Origin: a virus
IMG/VR virus record: IMGVR_UViG_2935423994_000003
Length of the DNA: 64,000 nucleotides
Strand: one strand, 5' to 3'
Position 1 is the first letter of the stretch. Every line of letters starts with the position of its first letter. Below are positions 42,572-52,862 of the stretch, piece by piece. The position numbers and the translations under genes are program-made. The notes beneath the pieces were generated by a model. That model was given only the letters and a program-made list of their open reading frames with translations, made no database searches and was not told the origin of the DNA.

Positions 42572-42994
42572 TCAGGCCAGAGGGCCGGTGGTGGAATAGT
42601 GCAAGATGACGGTGATCACCGCCGCTTTCAGCGCCGCCGCGCCCTCGATGGGCAGATCGACCGACGCCGGCGCTTCGGGTTCGACCCAATCGCAGAGGCC
42701 GCCGAGGGTGCGGTCGGCCTCCAACGCCGAGCCTATACTGGCGATCAGGGTGTCGAAGGCGCTGGCCCGACCGGTGCCCGCCTGGACGACGACCTCCAAC
42801 TCGGCGTGGTGCTGATAATGGTAGCGCAGGGGCGACAGCGTCACCTCCGGCTCACCCGGCTGGCCGTCCCGCAGGATGATCAGACCGGCTGCTGGGATCC
42901 GTTCGGGCAGCACGTCATCGCGCAGAACAAGGGCTGCAAGCGGCTGCAGCCGCGCATGCAGCGCGGCGAGGACGGTTTCGCGGCTGGTGGGCAT
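42572..42994 (-). CDS. Putative tail terminator/completion protein
   Basis: Homolog of 2461-2880. Confidence 0.6.
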   Translation of the reverse strand: MPTSRETVLAALHARLQPLAALVLRDDVLPERIPAAGLIILRDGQPGEPEVTLSPLRYHYQHHAELEVVVQAGTGRASAFDTLIASIGSALEADRTLGGLCDWVEPEAPASVDLPIEGAAALKAAVITVILHYSTTGPLA

Positions 42995-43121
42995 CCTATT
43001 CGTTCCTGTGCTTGCAACTCTGGAAAACCTCAATAGCGATGCCCACAAAGTCTCCTTCGGGATTCGTTCGCGTTTTGCGAAGTCTGTGCTATTTTTGGCA
43101 AAAAGGTGATTTGGAGCAGTT

Positions 43122-43619
43122 ATGGCAAAGGGCGCAGCGTGGGTCCGGTCCGCAGGTAAAGATCAGGTTAGCACCGGAAATTGGACAACTGGCAAGAAGA
43201 TGCCAAAGACCGCGTTTCCCCTTCGCAGCAACCACTCCTATCGTTTGGCGGGAACTTGGACTTGGCGTCTGATTTCGTTTGCGGTGAGCGGTGAGCAATA
43301 CCGCGTTTTGCTTGCCCACAAGGCGGAGAAGCAGGAGTTCATGGCAATGCTTGGTCACTTGGTGGACCGTGACATGACCGTACTATGTCGGATCGAGCAC
43401 CATGGATCGCATCCAGGTTGGCATGTTCACTACCAGCCGTATGAGACGAAACAAAGCGGCGTCGTCATCGGTGCTGATGCCCGGAAGCGGCCTTGCGGAG
43501 GAGATAGCCGGTTCGGCACCGATGTGATATCGGGCTTCGATGACTGGGCGATTTCTGTCGCTCACAGCCTTTTCAACCTGCCGCATGCACGCGGCGATAG
43601 CGACGAGCCCTTACTGTGA
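43122..43619 (+). CDS. Uncharacterised protein with His cluster (CRIEHHGSHPGWHVH)
   Basis: 165 aa; GGAG RBS; GTGA overlap with the next gene. Confidence 0.7.
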   Translation: MAKGAAWVRSAGKDQVSTGNWTTGKKMPKTAFPLRSNHSYRLAGTWTWRLISFAVSGEQYRVLLAHKAEKQEFMAMLGHLVDRDMTVLCRIEHHGSHPGWHVHYQPYETKQSGVVIGADARKRPCGGDSRFGTDVISGFDDWAISVAHSLFNLPHARGDSDEPLL

Positions 43620-44401
43620 AGCAGGAACTCTGCAAAGCCTTTTGTGACAGTGTCAGCGTGACGGAGCTTCCTTGTGGCTTCGGCATCAGCACGACACTGT
43701 TTGAAATCGAAGGCGATCCAGCGGGTCTGTATGCGATCGGCCCCGACAGCACCGGCCACTGGAAACTGGAAGATGCCGGGCGGTTGCTGCCGTCACTGAT
43801 CGCATCCGGCTACGATCTTGCGTCAGATCAAAGGAGGAAGGCGCTCGCGTCGATCCTCGAAACTGCTGATGCTGCATTCGATGAAGATGGACTGGAAATT
43901 TCGACAGGTCCAATCTCGAAATCCGACATTCCTGCGCACGCGATCCGTCTCATTGTGGCCCTCGTGAGGGTTTCTGATCTGGTACAGATGACGGCAGATC
44001 GCGTTCGCAGCACGTTCAAGGAAGACGTGCGGACAGCGCTTTCATCGTCATTGCCTTCAGACGTCGAAATACTGGAGAACGCTCCAGCAGATGAGCAAAG
44101 CGCAGATTTGCGCGCTGATCTGGTCCTGCGGCAAGCTGGCCGCGCCCCGGTGGCTCTGTATCTTGCGCAGAATGACCTATCGCTAGTTGAGGCTATGCTT
44201 CTTCGGTCCGAAACTCAGGGCGCCGGTGAAACCCGGCCGTTGGTTGCGGCGCTGCTGGAGCGTGAAAATGCTGTTTCCAAGCATACACGGACCCGAGCCA
44301 TGAATAGGCTGGACTCAGTCGGCGTTTATGAAGGTGACGAAAGGCAGGCCGTCGCCAAAGTCGTCCAGTTTGTTTCGAGCGCCCCTAGGGTTGCAGCCTA
44401 A
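43616..44401 (+). CDS. DUF1828/DUF1829-like protein
   Basis: ISTTLF..GD..LY..WKLED.G N-terminal pattern; STFKEDV..ADL.ADLVL C-terminal nuclease-like pattern; family recalled, not searched. Confidence 0.55.
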   Translation: MKQELCKAFCDSVSVTELPCGFGISTTLFEIEGDPAGLYAIGPDSTGHWKLEDAGRLLPSLIASGYDLASDQRRKALASILETADAAFDEDGLEISTGPISKSDIPAHAIRLIVALVRVSDLVQMTADRVRSTFKEDVRTALSSSLPSDVEILENAPADEQSADLRADLVLRQAGRAPVALYLAQNDLSLVEAMLLRSETQGAGETRPLVAALLERENAVSKHTRTRAMNRLDSVGVYEGDERQAVAKVVQFVSSAPRVAA

Positions 44402-44455
44402 GGTGTTGGAATATTTACCTGATACAGTTCGCCCCTCTTGAGTCCATTGTTCAGG

Positions 44456-45085
44456 CTAGGTCTTGCCCTCAACCCACTTCGCCACGATCAGCCCCGGCAC
44501 CCCGTCCACAGCGCGCTCCGCATCCCGCGCCAGATCCAGTCGCTTGCGCAGCTTGACCTGCGGCACCAGCAGGAAGATCGGCACGGTGGTCAACCCGCGC
44601 CCCGTCTTCGAGCGCGACGCCACCGCGCGACCCTTGGTGTTCAGCCGCCCTTCCGCCACCAGCAAGCTCGGCCCGCGACGACGAAAGACAAAGCGCAGCC
44701 GCAACCCGGTGCGGCGCTCCCATTCACCGGGTGTGATGCGGCCGCCTTTGCTGCTCTTGCCTGCAGCCGGAGTGGGGATCGCCAGCCAGAACCCGTCCTT
44801 GGACCGGATCAGTGGCCCGGTGTCATGCGCGCCGATGATGACCGGGGCCTTGGACCAGACCAGCGCCGCCGCGTTCAGGCTCTCGCCTGCCTTCGGGAAG
44901 GTCTGGCTCCGGATCGAGTTCGCCAGCCGCCTCCCCAGCCCCGCGCCGGTGATCTGGCCGCGCCAAGCGGTTTTCAGCCCGGTTCCGGCCTCGCGCATGG
45001 CGGCGGTGACGGCCTTCTCACCCGCCTTTACCTCTGCGGCCATGGCGGCGACGAGGTCCGGCGTGATGTCGAGTTTCAGTTTCAT
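44456..45085 (-). CDS. Conserved neck/tail protein (DUF6441-like)
   Basis: Homolog of 3547-4176. Confidence 0.65.
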   Translation of the reverse strand: MKLKLDITPDLVAAMAAEVKAGEKAVTAAMREAGTGLKTAWRGQITGAGLGRRLANSIRSQTFPKAGESLNAAALVWSKAPVIIGAHDTGPLIRSKDGFWLAIPTPAAGKSSKGGRITPGEWERRTGLRLRFVFRRRGPSLLVAEGRLNTKGRAVASRSKTGRGLTTVPIFLLVPQVKLRKRLDLARDAERAVDGVPGLIVAKWVEGKT

Positions 45086-45396
45086 GATGGCCGCAGGTCC
45101 AGCGACCAGATCAGGCGTTCGCGGTCGCGGATTGGCTCGCCCTGGATAGTGAAGCTGTCGGTCCCGATCACGATCAGATCGCCGGGGCGGGGATCGGGCA
45201 GGTCGGACACGCGGGCGTCCACCATCATCGTGTCGCTGACAAAGCGCCCAGCGCCGAACTCGGTGATGCGATCGGGGGCGCGGCGGATGACGCGGATCGG
45301 GCGTTCCTCCGAGGTGGTGGCCGAGATCCACAGCGCCGCCACCGCCATGGACGGGTTGGCATAGATCCGGTCCATGGCGGTGGCGAAGACGGTCAT
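45082..45396 (-). CDS. Head-tail joining protein
   Basis: Homolog of 4173-4484. Confidence 0.7.
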   Translation of the reverse strand: MTVFATAMDRIYANPSMAVAALWISATTSEERPIRVIRRAPDRITEFGAGRFVSDTMMVDARVSDLPDPRPGDLIVIGTDSFTIQGEPIRDRERLIWSLDLRPS

Positions 45397-45414
45397 GATG
45401 ATTTCCGCCGCTGA

Positions 45415-46437
45415 TCAGTTCGAGCTGTGAATGCGGATCGCGATGCGCGGCCGCTTGTTCACCGGCAGGATCGAGGCCTCTGTCATCAGGTCGATCCAGC
45501 GGCCTTTCTCGTCGAGGTGCTGACGGGCGTAGAGCGGCAGGCCGAGGGTATTGGCCGCTTCCAGCAGGTTCGCGGGGCCGCCATAGGTGGTGAACGTGTC
45601 CATGGTGCCAAGCGGAAAGGCGATGCCCTCGCTGGCCGGGATCAGGCGTTCGGTGGCCTTGGTCGAGAGAGTGACCGTGCCCGCATACTCCTCGAACACG
45701 ATGCCTGCGAAGGGGAAGTTGCGCCGCACGTCCTGGCGCAAGGGCTGCGCGCCAGTGGCGGCGTAGAACTTGTAGGCCTCCTCGGTCTTGGGATGCGCGA
45801 TCAGCTTGTCGAAGAATTCCCGGCTGACGAGGGCATGCACATCCGTCATGCTTTCGCCCAGCAGGTTGTCCTCCATGGCGCGCAGCACCTCGCGGACCTT
45901 GCCCTGCACGTTGGTGCCAGCGGTGCCCAGCACGAAGTCGACCGAGATCTGTGCGAGGCCAAATTCGGTGAAGTAATTGTAGAGGGTGGTCCCGGCCCCA
46001 TCCTTCACGATGCCGCGCAGGGCGTTCATCTCCATGTATTCTCGGGTCTGGGCGTGCTTGCGGCGCATCAGCTGCAGCTTGCGGTTCATCACTTCGACCA
46101 GCGGGTCGGCACCATCGAAGACGCCCAGCGCGGGCTGGCCCTGAATGTCGCCCGGAAGGATGACGTCATCATGCGGGATCCACGGCAGGGCGAAACTGCG
46201 CATCGAGCGCCCCTCGCGCGTGCCGACGGTCGCCGGGCCCCCGAGCGGGACGGAGGGCAGCAGGTTCAGCACGCCCTCGTATTGCTCGATGATCACCGAT
46301 CGTTGGGTGACGCCCTCAAAACGGAAGAGGCCGATCTGGCCGAGGCGGGTGTAGAGGTTGGGCAGGATGTTGATGGCCTGCGTCATCTCGGCCAGCGAAT
46401 AGCCGCCAGCGTCAAAGGGATTGCGAACGAGGGTCAT
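45415..46437 (-). CDS. Major capsid protein, lambda gpE-like
   Basis: 340 aa homolog of 4495-5517. Confidence 0.88.
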   Translation of the reverse strand: MTLVRNPFDAGGYSLAEMTQAINILPNLYTRLGQIGLFRFEGVTQRSVIIEQYEGVLNLLPSVPLGGPATVGTREGRSMRSFALPWIPHDDVILPGDIQGQPALGVFDGADPLVEVMNRKLQLMRRKHAQTREYMEMNALRGIVKDGAGTTLYNYFTEFGLAQISVDFVLGTAGTNVQGKVREVLRAMEDNLLGESMTDVHALVSREFFDKLIAHPKTEEAYKFYAATGAQPLRQDVRRNFPFAGIVFEEYAGTVTLSTKATERLIPASEGIAFPLGTMDTFTTYGGPANLLEAANTLGLPLYARQHLDEKGRWIDLMTEASILPVNKRPRIAIRIHSSN

Positions 46438-46494
46438 GGGGTACTCCGGGGGAAGGGGGGAAAGGGTGGCGAGCCAAGCGTCAGAGGTCGTGCG

Positions 46495-46875
46495 TCAGAC
46501 GCCGTCGCGGGCGATGATGCCGACGGCGGCCAACTGGCCGAGCTTGGTGGTGATCTTCGCGCCGTCATCGACGGTCGCGTCGTAAGCGAGACCCGCGCGC
46601 GACACGATGGAAGGGCCACGGACCACAACAATGCCAACTGCATCGGCCAGCGTGGCATCGACGGCATAGAGCAGCACGGCGCTGGCGGTCTGGGCCCCAT
46701 CGGTGCCGCCGCTGGTGGCCAGCTTGTATTTACCGCTGGCCGTGATCTTCCCCAGCACCGAGCCGACCGGGTAGGGCATGCCTTGCAGCAGGGTGATCAC
46801 CTCGCGGGTATAGTTCGGGTTGACCTCATATTTGAGGACATCGCCCATGCTGGGCTGTTCCGTCAGGACGGGCAT
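46495..46875 (-). CDS. Head decoration protein
   Basis: Homolog of 5578-5958. Confidence 0.8.
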   Translation of the reverse strand: MPVLTEQPSMGDVLKYEVNPNYTREVITLLQGMPYPVGSVLGKITASGKYKLATSGGTDGAQTASAVLLYAVDATLADAVGIVVVRGPSIVSRAGLAYDATVDDGAKITTKLGQLAAVGIIARDGV

Positions 46876-46922
46876 TGGTCAGTCTCCATGTTGGTAGGGG
46901 TGGGCTGGTCGGTGGCGCTGGT

Positions 46923-48251
46923 TCAGCGCTTCGCGTCGGTCGCGGCCTTTCTGGCGGCAGCGATGATCGGGCTGTCTTTTGCGGCGGCTGCGGCCGGGGC
47001 GGTGGCGATGATGCCTGCCGCATCGCTGCGGGCCGCAAGATCAGCAAGAACCCGGGCGCGCAGGGCTTCAGGTTTGAGGCCCTTGGTGACGGCATCGGCG
47101 GCGTCGATGGTCACACCAAGGCGCGCTGCCTGCGCGCAGACCTGCGCCACCTCGGCCGCTTCGGCGCGGATGGCGTCGGCGGTCATTGTGGTGGGCGCAG
47201 CATCACCCACCGCTGCCGGAATCTCTGGAGCAGCAGCGACGGTTGCTGTCGCGGCGGGAGCGGCGGAAATAGGAGCCGGGTTCGGCGTGTCAGTGGGCGT
47301 GGTGGTCATCTGTGGACCCTTTCTGCTGGAGGAAGTGGTGCCGCGCGGGGCGGCGGCGAAGGCGTGGAAGGCGGTGACGGGATCGGCGAGATCATCGGCC
47401 AGACCCACCGCGATGGCATCTGCCCCGCGGAAGACCGCAGCTTCAGTGGCCAGTGCCGATGCGTGGGTCAGCCGATCCCCGCGACCGGCAGCGACGGTTT
47501 CGGCGAAGAGGAAGCGCACGACCTCCAGCTCGCGCTGCATCTGGTCGTGCACAGCCTCGGGCAGCGGCTGGTAGGGGTTGGCGTCGACCTTGTGCGCGCC
47601 CGCGTGAATCAGCGTGACGGCGATGCCCTTCTGATCGAGCGCCCCGCTCATGTCGGTGTGCAGGGCCACGACGCCGATGCTGCCGACCGCCCCGGTGCGG
47701 GGCAGGATGATCCGGTCGGCCTGGGAGGCCAGAACATAGCCAGCCGACAGTGCGTGTTCCGCGACGAAAGCGTGGACAGGCTTCTGCGCCCGGGCGGCGC
47801 GGATGCGATCCGCCAGATCGAAGGCCCCTGCGACCTCGCCGCCGAAGCTGTCGATGTCGAGCGCGATGCCCCGCACGCCGGGATCCGCGAGCGCGGCGTC
47901 GATCTGCGCGGCGATCCCCTCATAGGATGTCAGGCCAGACGACTGTCCGATCCACGCGCCGCGATGCACAAGTGTGCCCGCGATTTCGATGACCGCGATG
48001 CCGTCAATCATGGCGAAGGGCTGGGTGCCATTGCGCCGATGACGCTGGGCGAGATCGTTCCCGAACAGCGAGGCACGGGCGGGTAGGCTGGCTGCTGTCT
48101 GATCAGCGGCGTCCACCTCCAGCCCCTGGAAGGTGATCTCCTGCCCGGTGATGCGCGGACCCAACCCGGACAGAAACGCCAGCGCCTTGGCGGGATCGAC
48201 CATCAACGGCGTGTTGAAGGCGCGTTGCGCGATCTGAGCGTGATGCATCAT
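46923..48251 (-). CDS. S49 capsid maturation protease/scaffold
   Basis: IDSFGGEV, SAGYVLAS, GSIGV; start overlaps the portal stop. Confidence 0.9.
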   Translation of the reverse strand: MMHHAQIAQRAFNTPLMVDPAKALAFLSGLGPRITGQEITFQGLEVDAADQTAASLPARASLFGNDLAQRHRRNGTQPFAMIDGIAVIEIAGTLVHRGAWIGQSSGLTSYEGIAAQIDAALADPGVRGIALDIDSFGGEVAGAFDLADRIRAARAQKPVHAFVAEHALSAGYVLASQADRIILPRTGAVGSIGVVALHTDMSGALDQKGIAVTLIHAGAHKVDANPYQPLPEAVHDQMQRELEVVRFLFAETVAAGRGDRLTHASALATEAAVFRGADAIAVGLADDLADPVTAFHAFAAAPRGTTSSSRKGPQMTTTPTDTPNPAPISAAPAATATVAAAPEIPAAVGDAAPTTMTADAIRAEAAEVAQVCAQAARLGVTIDAADAVTKGLKPEALRARVLADLAARSDAAGIIATAPAAAAAKDSPIIAAARKAATDAKR

Positions 48252-49759
48252 GCGCCCTCCGATGCGTCGGGTTTTTCATAGTCATCTTCCGGCGCGTCGG
48301 CGTCGGCCTCATCATCCTTGGCGCTGTCCTGCTCCGCGTCTTTCGCCCCACCTTCGCCCGGTCCCTGCGCCGGGGATCCGGGACGGCGGAAGTCGAGGCC
48401 AAGTTCCGCTTCGCGTTTGCGTTCGGCGGCGATCTCGCGGTCGACCTGTTCGGCGTCATAGCCGCGCTCCGCCAGCGCCTGCGTTCGGGATTTCAGGCCC
48501 GCTTCGATCTGCAGGATTTCCGCCGAGGCGTCCTTCATCGGGTCAATCCAGTCCCATTTCGTGGGCAGCCAGGCGCAGGCCTGATATTGCCGCCGCTGGC
48601 TGTCATAGCCCGGCAGGTCCAGCGCGCCCGACAGCACGGCAGTGTCCATCCAGCGGACCCAGACGGCGCGGCAGAGCTGATAGACCAGCACGCCATGCTG
48701 CCAGGCCGAGATGCGGCGGCGGAATTCGATGAGGCTGATCCGCGTGTTCGAGAAGTTGCCCTTGGCGGTGTCGCCGGTCAGATAACCGTAAGGAATGCCC
48801 AGCGCGGCACCGATCTGCAGCAGGGTGCGGTACTGGAACGGCTCATAGGTGCCACCCGAGTCTGGTGTGGCGGGCGTCGAGACATCCTCGCCTGGATCCA
48901 GCCGCACCACCTGTCCCGGTTCGACCTCCAGATCCTCTTCGGTCGGTTCGAGGGGCGTTTCCGGGGCGGGCGAGGTGATGAACATCGCGAACATCGCCGC
49001 GATCTTCTTCCGCTCCAGTTCGGCATCATCATAGAGGTCCAGCGTGAACAGTTTCACGATGGCAGCGGCAAAGCGCGACACGCCGCGCAGCTGGCCCGCC
49101 TCGACCGGGTCCAGCACATGGATCACATCCGTAGCAGGCACGCGGACGGTTTCCCCTGCGAGGCCGGGGTCGGTCAGATCACCGGGATGGCGGCGCAGGA
49201 AGTGATAGGCCACGCGGCGGCCAATGCCGTCGAACTCGATCCCCTGCCGGATCAGCCCGGCACCGGGCAAGGTTCGGTTCATGTCGAGGGGCAGCATTTC
49301 GGCTGGCAGCATCTGCAATTGCAGCGGCACGGTCAGGCCGTCTTCCGCGCGGCGCGGACGGATGCGGAGGAACACCTCGCCCGACAGGAACACCTCGCGC
49401 GCCGCGCGACGCTGCAGCCCGTAGAAATCCGTCAGCCCCTCGGCATCGGCATCGTCGGTCCAGGCCAGCCACAGTGCTTGCAGTTCTTCTTTCCTAGCGG
49501 CATCCGCGATGGAACTGGACGGCTTGATGCCATCGCCCACCACATTGCTGGCGAAGCTCTCCACCGCATTCGCCGCATAGCCATTGTTCCGGACCAGCCA
49601 GCGGGCGCGGGCGGTGATCGTGTCGCCCGAGGCCGCGATCAGCGTGTTCACATGCGCGCGGCTGGCGCGAAACCCGCGCAGCCGTCGGTGGGCTTGGGCC
49701 GCATCGAACCCGCCGATGATCGACCCCAACCGCTGGCGAAAAGCCTCGAACGCCATCAC
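48248..49759 (-). CDS. Portal protein, lambda family
   Basis: Homolog of 8240-9730. Confidence 0.92.
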   Translation of the reverse strand: MMAFEAFRQRLGSIIGGFDAAQAHRRLRGFRASRAHVNTLIAASGDTITARARWLVRNNGYAANAVESFASNVVGDGIKPSSSIADAARKEELQALWLAWTDDADAEGLTDFYGLQRRAAREVFLSGEVFLRIRPRRAEDGLTVPLQLQMLPAEMLPLDMNRTLPGAGLIRQGIEFDGIGRRVAYHFLRRHPGDLTDPGLAGETVRVPATDVIHVLDPVEAGQLRGVSRFAAAIVKLFTLDLYDDAELERKKIAAMFAMFITSPAPETPLEPTEEDLEVEPGQVVRLDPGEDVSTPATPDSGGTYEPFQYRTLLQIGAALGIPYGYLTGDTAKGNFSNTRISLIEFRRRISAWQHGVLVYQLCRAVWVRWMDTAVLSGALDLPGYDSQRRQYQACAWLPTKWDWIDPMKDASAEILQIEAGLKSRTQALAERGYDAEQVDREIAAERKREAELGLDFRRPGSPAQGPGEGGAKDAEQDSAKDDEADADAPEDDYEKPDASEGA

Positions 49760-49971
49760 AGACCCTTCGTGGCGACGGTGCCCCAGCGCCGACGCCGCGG
49801 GGTGCCGGTCGTGGCGGTGGCGATCCGGGTTTCCAGATCGCTGATGGCATTCGCGAGTTCCGCGTCCGACCCATAGTTGATCGATTTGCCGTCATAACTG
49901 ACCGAGCGGACGCCCGCGTAACGCGCCTCCTGCAGGGCGGCCAGAAGCGCGCGCATCCGTTCCAGATCCAT
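49756..49971 (-). CDS. gpW-like head-tail adaptor
   Basis: RSVSYDGKSINYGSDAEL. Confidence 0.85.
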   Translation of the reverse strand: MDLERMRALLAALQEARYAGVRSVSYDGKSINYGSDAELANAISDLETRIATATTGTPRRRRWGTVATKGL

Positions 49972-49972
49972 C

Positions 49973-52024
49973 TCAGTCCCTCATGAAGTTGGGTGTGTAA
50001 GCCCGGCGTTTGCGACGCGGGGTCGTTGGTGTTCCCGCCTTGGGCGGGGTGGGTGTGGTCGGCTCTGCGGCCCCACCTTCGACAGCAACCACGGCGACCG
50101 GCGGTCGGGTTTCCACCCCGGCCTGAGCTTCCAGCCGTCGCCATGTCGCCTCGTCCCAGCGATCCGCGCCCATGATCCAGGCCGCAGCCCGCGCATAGAC
50201 GCGGGTGTCGAGCGCTTCGTTGCGCTCGCGCATCTTCTGCCATTCGGGGTGGGCATAGCCGCGCTTGTTGCGCACGGTGACCAGCTGTTCGGCCACCAGC
50301 TGCTTCAGCCATTCCGTGTCGATCCAGTCGGGCAGGTGCACCGTGCCGGGGGCATCGAGCACGCCCAGCGCCCGGTCTTCATCCGAGGGCCGCTCCAGCC
50401 GCAGAAAACGGTAGGTTTCGGTCTTGAATGTGGCCGTGGCCACCGACCAGAGCCTTGCGCCCCGGCGCAGACGTTTGCCGCCGATGGTCGCATCGACAAA
50501 GGTCGGCCCCGACACCGGCGTGGCGCGGTTGAAGCCCTCGAGGCCCTTGATCGGGGCCACCTGGTCAAAACCCTGCTTGCGCGCCCAAGCGTAAACCGCT
50601 GGCGCCTCATAACCAGTGTCGATGGCGAGCTTGCCGATCAGCATCACCGCGCCATTGGCGCAGGCCCATGTGCGGCCCAAGAGGGCGGTCAGCTTGTCCC
50701 AGCACGTCGGATCATCCGGACCACCGGCAATGACGATGTGATCGACCAGCCAGGACTCCAGGCCCCGACCCCAGGCCCAGACATCGACCTCGATCCGGTC
50801 TTTCTGCACATCGACGCCAGCGGTCAGGAACAGCCCGCCTGCTGGGATCTGCACGCCCGCGTAGCTTTCGCGCCGTTCCGCCAGCCGTTGCCATTCCGGC
50901 GCATCGCCCGACTCGACCCAAGTCTCGCCCAGAAGCGTGTTGCGCGCCGCGCGCAGCATTTCCTCCGAGCCTTGGGCCGCCAGCCACTCACGCGCGATCT
51001 GCGCCCAGCTTTTCCAGCCCAAGGGCGAATAGAGCGCGGAGATGTGGAAGCCGATCGACTGCGGATCCGTCGACACTGCCGTCGCCCGCCACTCGCCCCG
51101 CTCCAGCATCTGTGTCTTGTGATGCTCGGCGATGGGTTTTTCGCACCCTTCGCAATGATAGGCGGCCGTGTCGGGGCGGCCTTTGTCCCAGCGCAGGCGG
51201 TCAAACTGCAGCCATTGCATTGCCCCGCAATGCGGGCAGGGCACGAAGTACCGGCGCTGGTCGCTGGCTTCAAACTCCCGTTCAATGCGTGACAATCCCC
51301 GGATCGTCGGGGTCGAGACCATGAATACCTTGCGCCGGTGCGAGAAGGTGGTGGTGCGCGCCTCTGCCAGCGTGACCGGATCGCCTTCCTCGTCAGCCGA
51401 GGCCGGATAGGCGTCGACCTCGTCGAGGAAGATATAGCGGGCAGGCATCGAGCGCAGGCCGGTCGCCGAGTTGGCACCCGTCAGCACCACGATGCCGCCG
51501 GGGAATTCCTTGGACAGCATCGAATTGCCCGCATCGCGCGACCGGGCCGGGTTGACCCGTTCGCGCAGCGTCGGGCTTTCCGCAATCAGCGGATCAATCC
51601 GTCCACGCGACGTGCGCTTTGCCATCTCCACCGTCGGCAGCACCGCCAGCATCGGCCCCGGCGCGTGATGGATGACAAAGCCGATCCAGTTGTTGCCCGC
51701 CTCGGTCGCGCCAACCTGCGCGGCTTTCATGAACGAGACGCGCTGCGCCGGGTGGCGGGGCGACAGCGCATCCATGATCTCGCGCAGGTAGGGCGCACGC
51801 GCGGTGCGATACCGCCCCGGTTCAGCCGCGGCGCGCGACGACAGCCAGCGATGCGCATCCGCCCATTCCGACACCGTCAGGTCCGGATCGGGGCGGATGC
51901 CGTTGCGCCAGCTGCGCAGGATGTCCTCGGCCCCGTCAAACCCGAGGTCGAGATCGGCGGTCAGGTCTTCGCTATCCGAGGGATACTCGGAGGTCGGCGA
52001 GGGCGTCGAGTTGCGCTCTGACAT
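49973..52024 (-). CDS. Terminase large subunit, gpA family
   Basis: KAAQVGATE, IFLDEVDAYP, GVDVQKDR. Confidence 0.93.
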   Translation of the reverse strand: MSERNSTPSPTSEYPSDSEDLTADLDLGFDGAEDILRSWRNGIRPDPDLTVSEWADAHRWLSSRAAAEPGRYRTARAPYLREIMDALSPRHPAQRVSFMKAAQVGATEAGNNWIGFVIHHAPGPMLAVLPTVEMAKRTSRGRIDPLIAESPTLRERVNPARSRDAGNSMLSKEFPGGIVVLTGANSATGLRSMPARYIFLDEVDAYPASADEEGDPVTLAEARTTTFSHRRKVFMVSTPTIRGLSRIEREFEASDQRRYFVPCPHCGAMQWLQFDRLRWDKGRPDTAAYHCEGCEKPIAEHHKTQMLERGEWRATAVSTDPQSIGFHISALYSPLGWKSWAQIAREWLAAQGSEEMLRAARNTLLGETWVESGDAPEWQRLAERRESYAGVQIPAGGLFLTAGVDVQKDRIEVDVWAWGRGLESWLVDHIVIAGGPDDPTCWDKLTALLGRTWACANGAVMLIGKLAIDTGYEAPAVYAWARKQGFDQVAPIKGLEGFNRATPVSGPTFVDATIGGKRLRRGARLWSVATATFKTETYRFLRLERPSDEDRALGVLDAPGTVHLPDWIDTEWLKQLVAEQLVTVRNKRGYAHPEWQKMRERNEALDTRVYARAAAWIMGADRWDEATWRRLEAQAGVETRPPVAVVAVEGGAAEPTTPTPPKAGTPTTPRRKRRAYTPNFMRD

Positions 52025-52508
52025 GGGTTTCCAGCACCCTCTGCAGGATCGCGGCCTCGATCATCACCGGCGTGCCGGATTGCTTCTCCACCTCCGCTGC
52101 CACTTCGGCCGCCATCAGCGCCGCCACCCTGCTGGGCCAGGTCACCCAGACATCGCGTTCCTGGCGGGCGAGACGAAACACCAGCGTTTCCGCCCGCGCC
52201 CGGTCGACCAGCGTGCCCTTGCGCTTCTGGATTGCCAGCTGACGTTCCTGTGCCTGGTAGACGGTCAGCGCGGTACGGGCCTTCAGATAGGACGAGCTGT
52301 CCGCTGGCCCGGAAAACCCAGCATCGCCGCCGACCGACCGCCGCTGCTGGTCCGGATCGGTCATCTCTGCCCGGCGCACATCGGACGCGGCGGCGTTGAT
52401 CGAGCCGTCGCTGTAAACCACCAGCCGCCCGGCCTTGCGCGCTTTCTGGATCGCCCCGCGCGACAGGCCGGAATGGGCGGAATACTCGCGCTCGGACATA
52501 CCTTCCAT
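51972..52508 (-). CDS. Terminase small subunit
   Basis: 178 aa homolog of 12526-13062. Confidence 0.78.
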   Translation of the reverse strand: MEGMSEREYSAHSGLSRGAIQKARKAGRLVVYSDGSINAAASDVRRAEMTDPDQQRRSVGGDAGFSGPADSSSYLKARTALTVYQAQERQLAIQKRKGTLVDRARAETLVFRLARQERDVWVTWPSRVAALMAAEVAAEVEKQSGTPVMIEAAILQRVLETHVRAQLDALADLRVSLG

Positions 52509-52637
52509 GGCGATTGACGGAGCCTCAAGATATTGGAATTAAAAGGAAAGAATCGTATTATTCAGTTGATTACACTTACCGCTAGAGCGAGTCTGGGTCC
52601 AAGGTAAACGATGCAACTCAGCCCTGGAGACGACGCC

Positions 52638-52856
52638 ATGACCACCAAGACCGCGCCCGCCAAAGCCCCCAGCGACGCCCTGCTGCTGGAGATCGCGACG
52701 AAGCATTTCCACAGCATCGAGACGCTGGAGACCCGGAACAGCGACCGGCTGGACTTCCACGATGTCGCGGTCTGGGCGATCCGCGCCGCGCTGGAAGAGG
52801 CATTCGAGGCCGGACGCCGCACGGGTGAAGCCACCACATCGACAAGCCAATCCTGA
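52638..52856 (+). CDS. Small conserved protein (DUF6900-like)
   Basis: Homolog of 13202-13396. Confidence 0.7.
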   Translation: MTTKTAPAKAPSDALLLEIATKHFHSIETLETRNSDRLDFHDVAVWAIRAALEEAFEAGRRTGEATTSTSQS

Positions 52857-52862
52857 AAGGAC

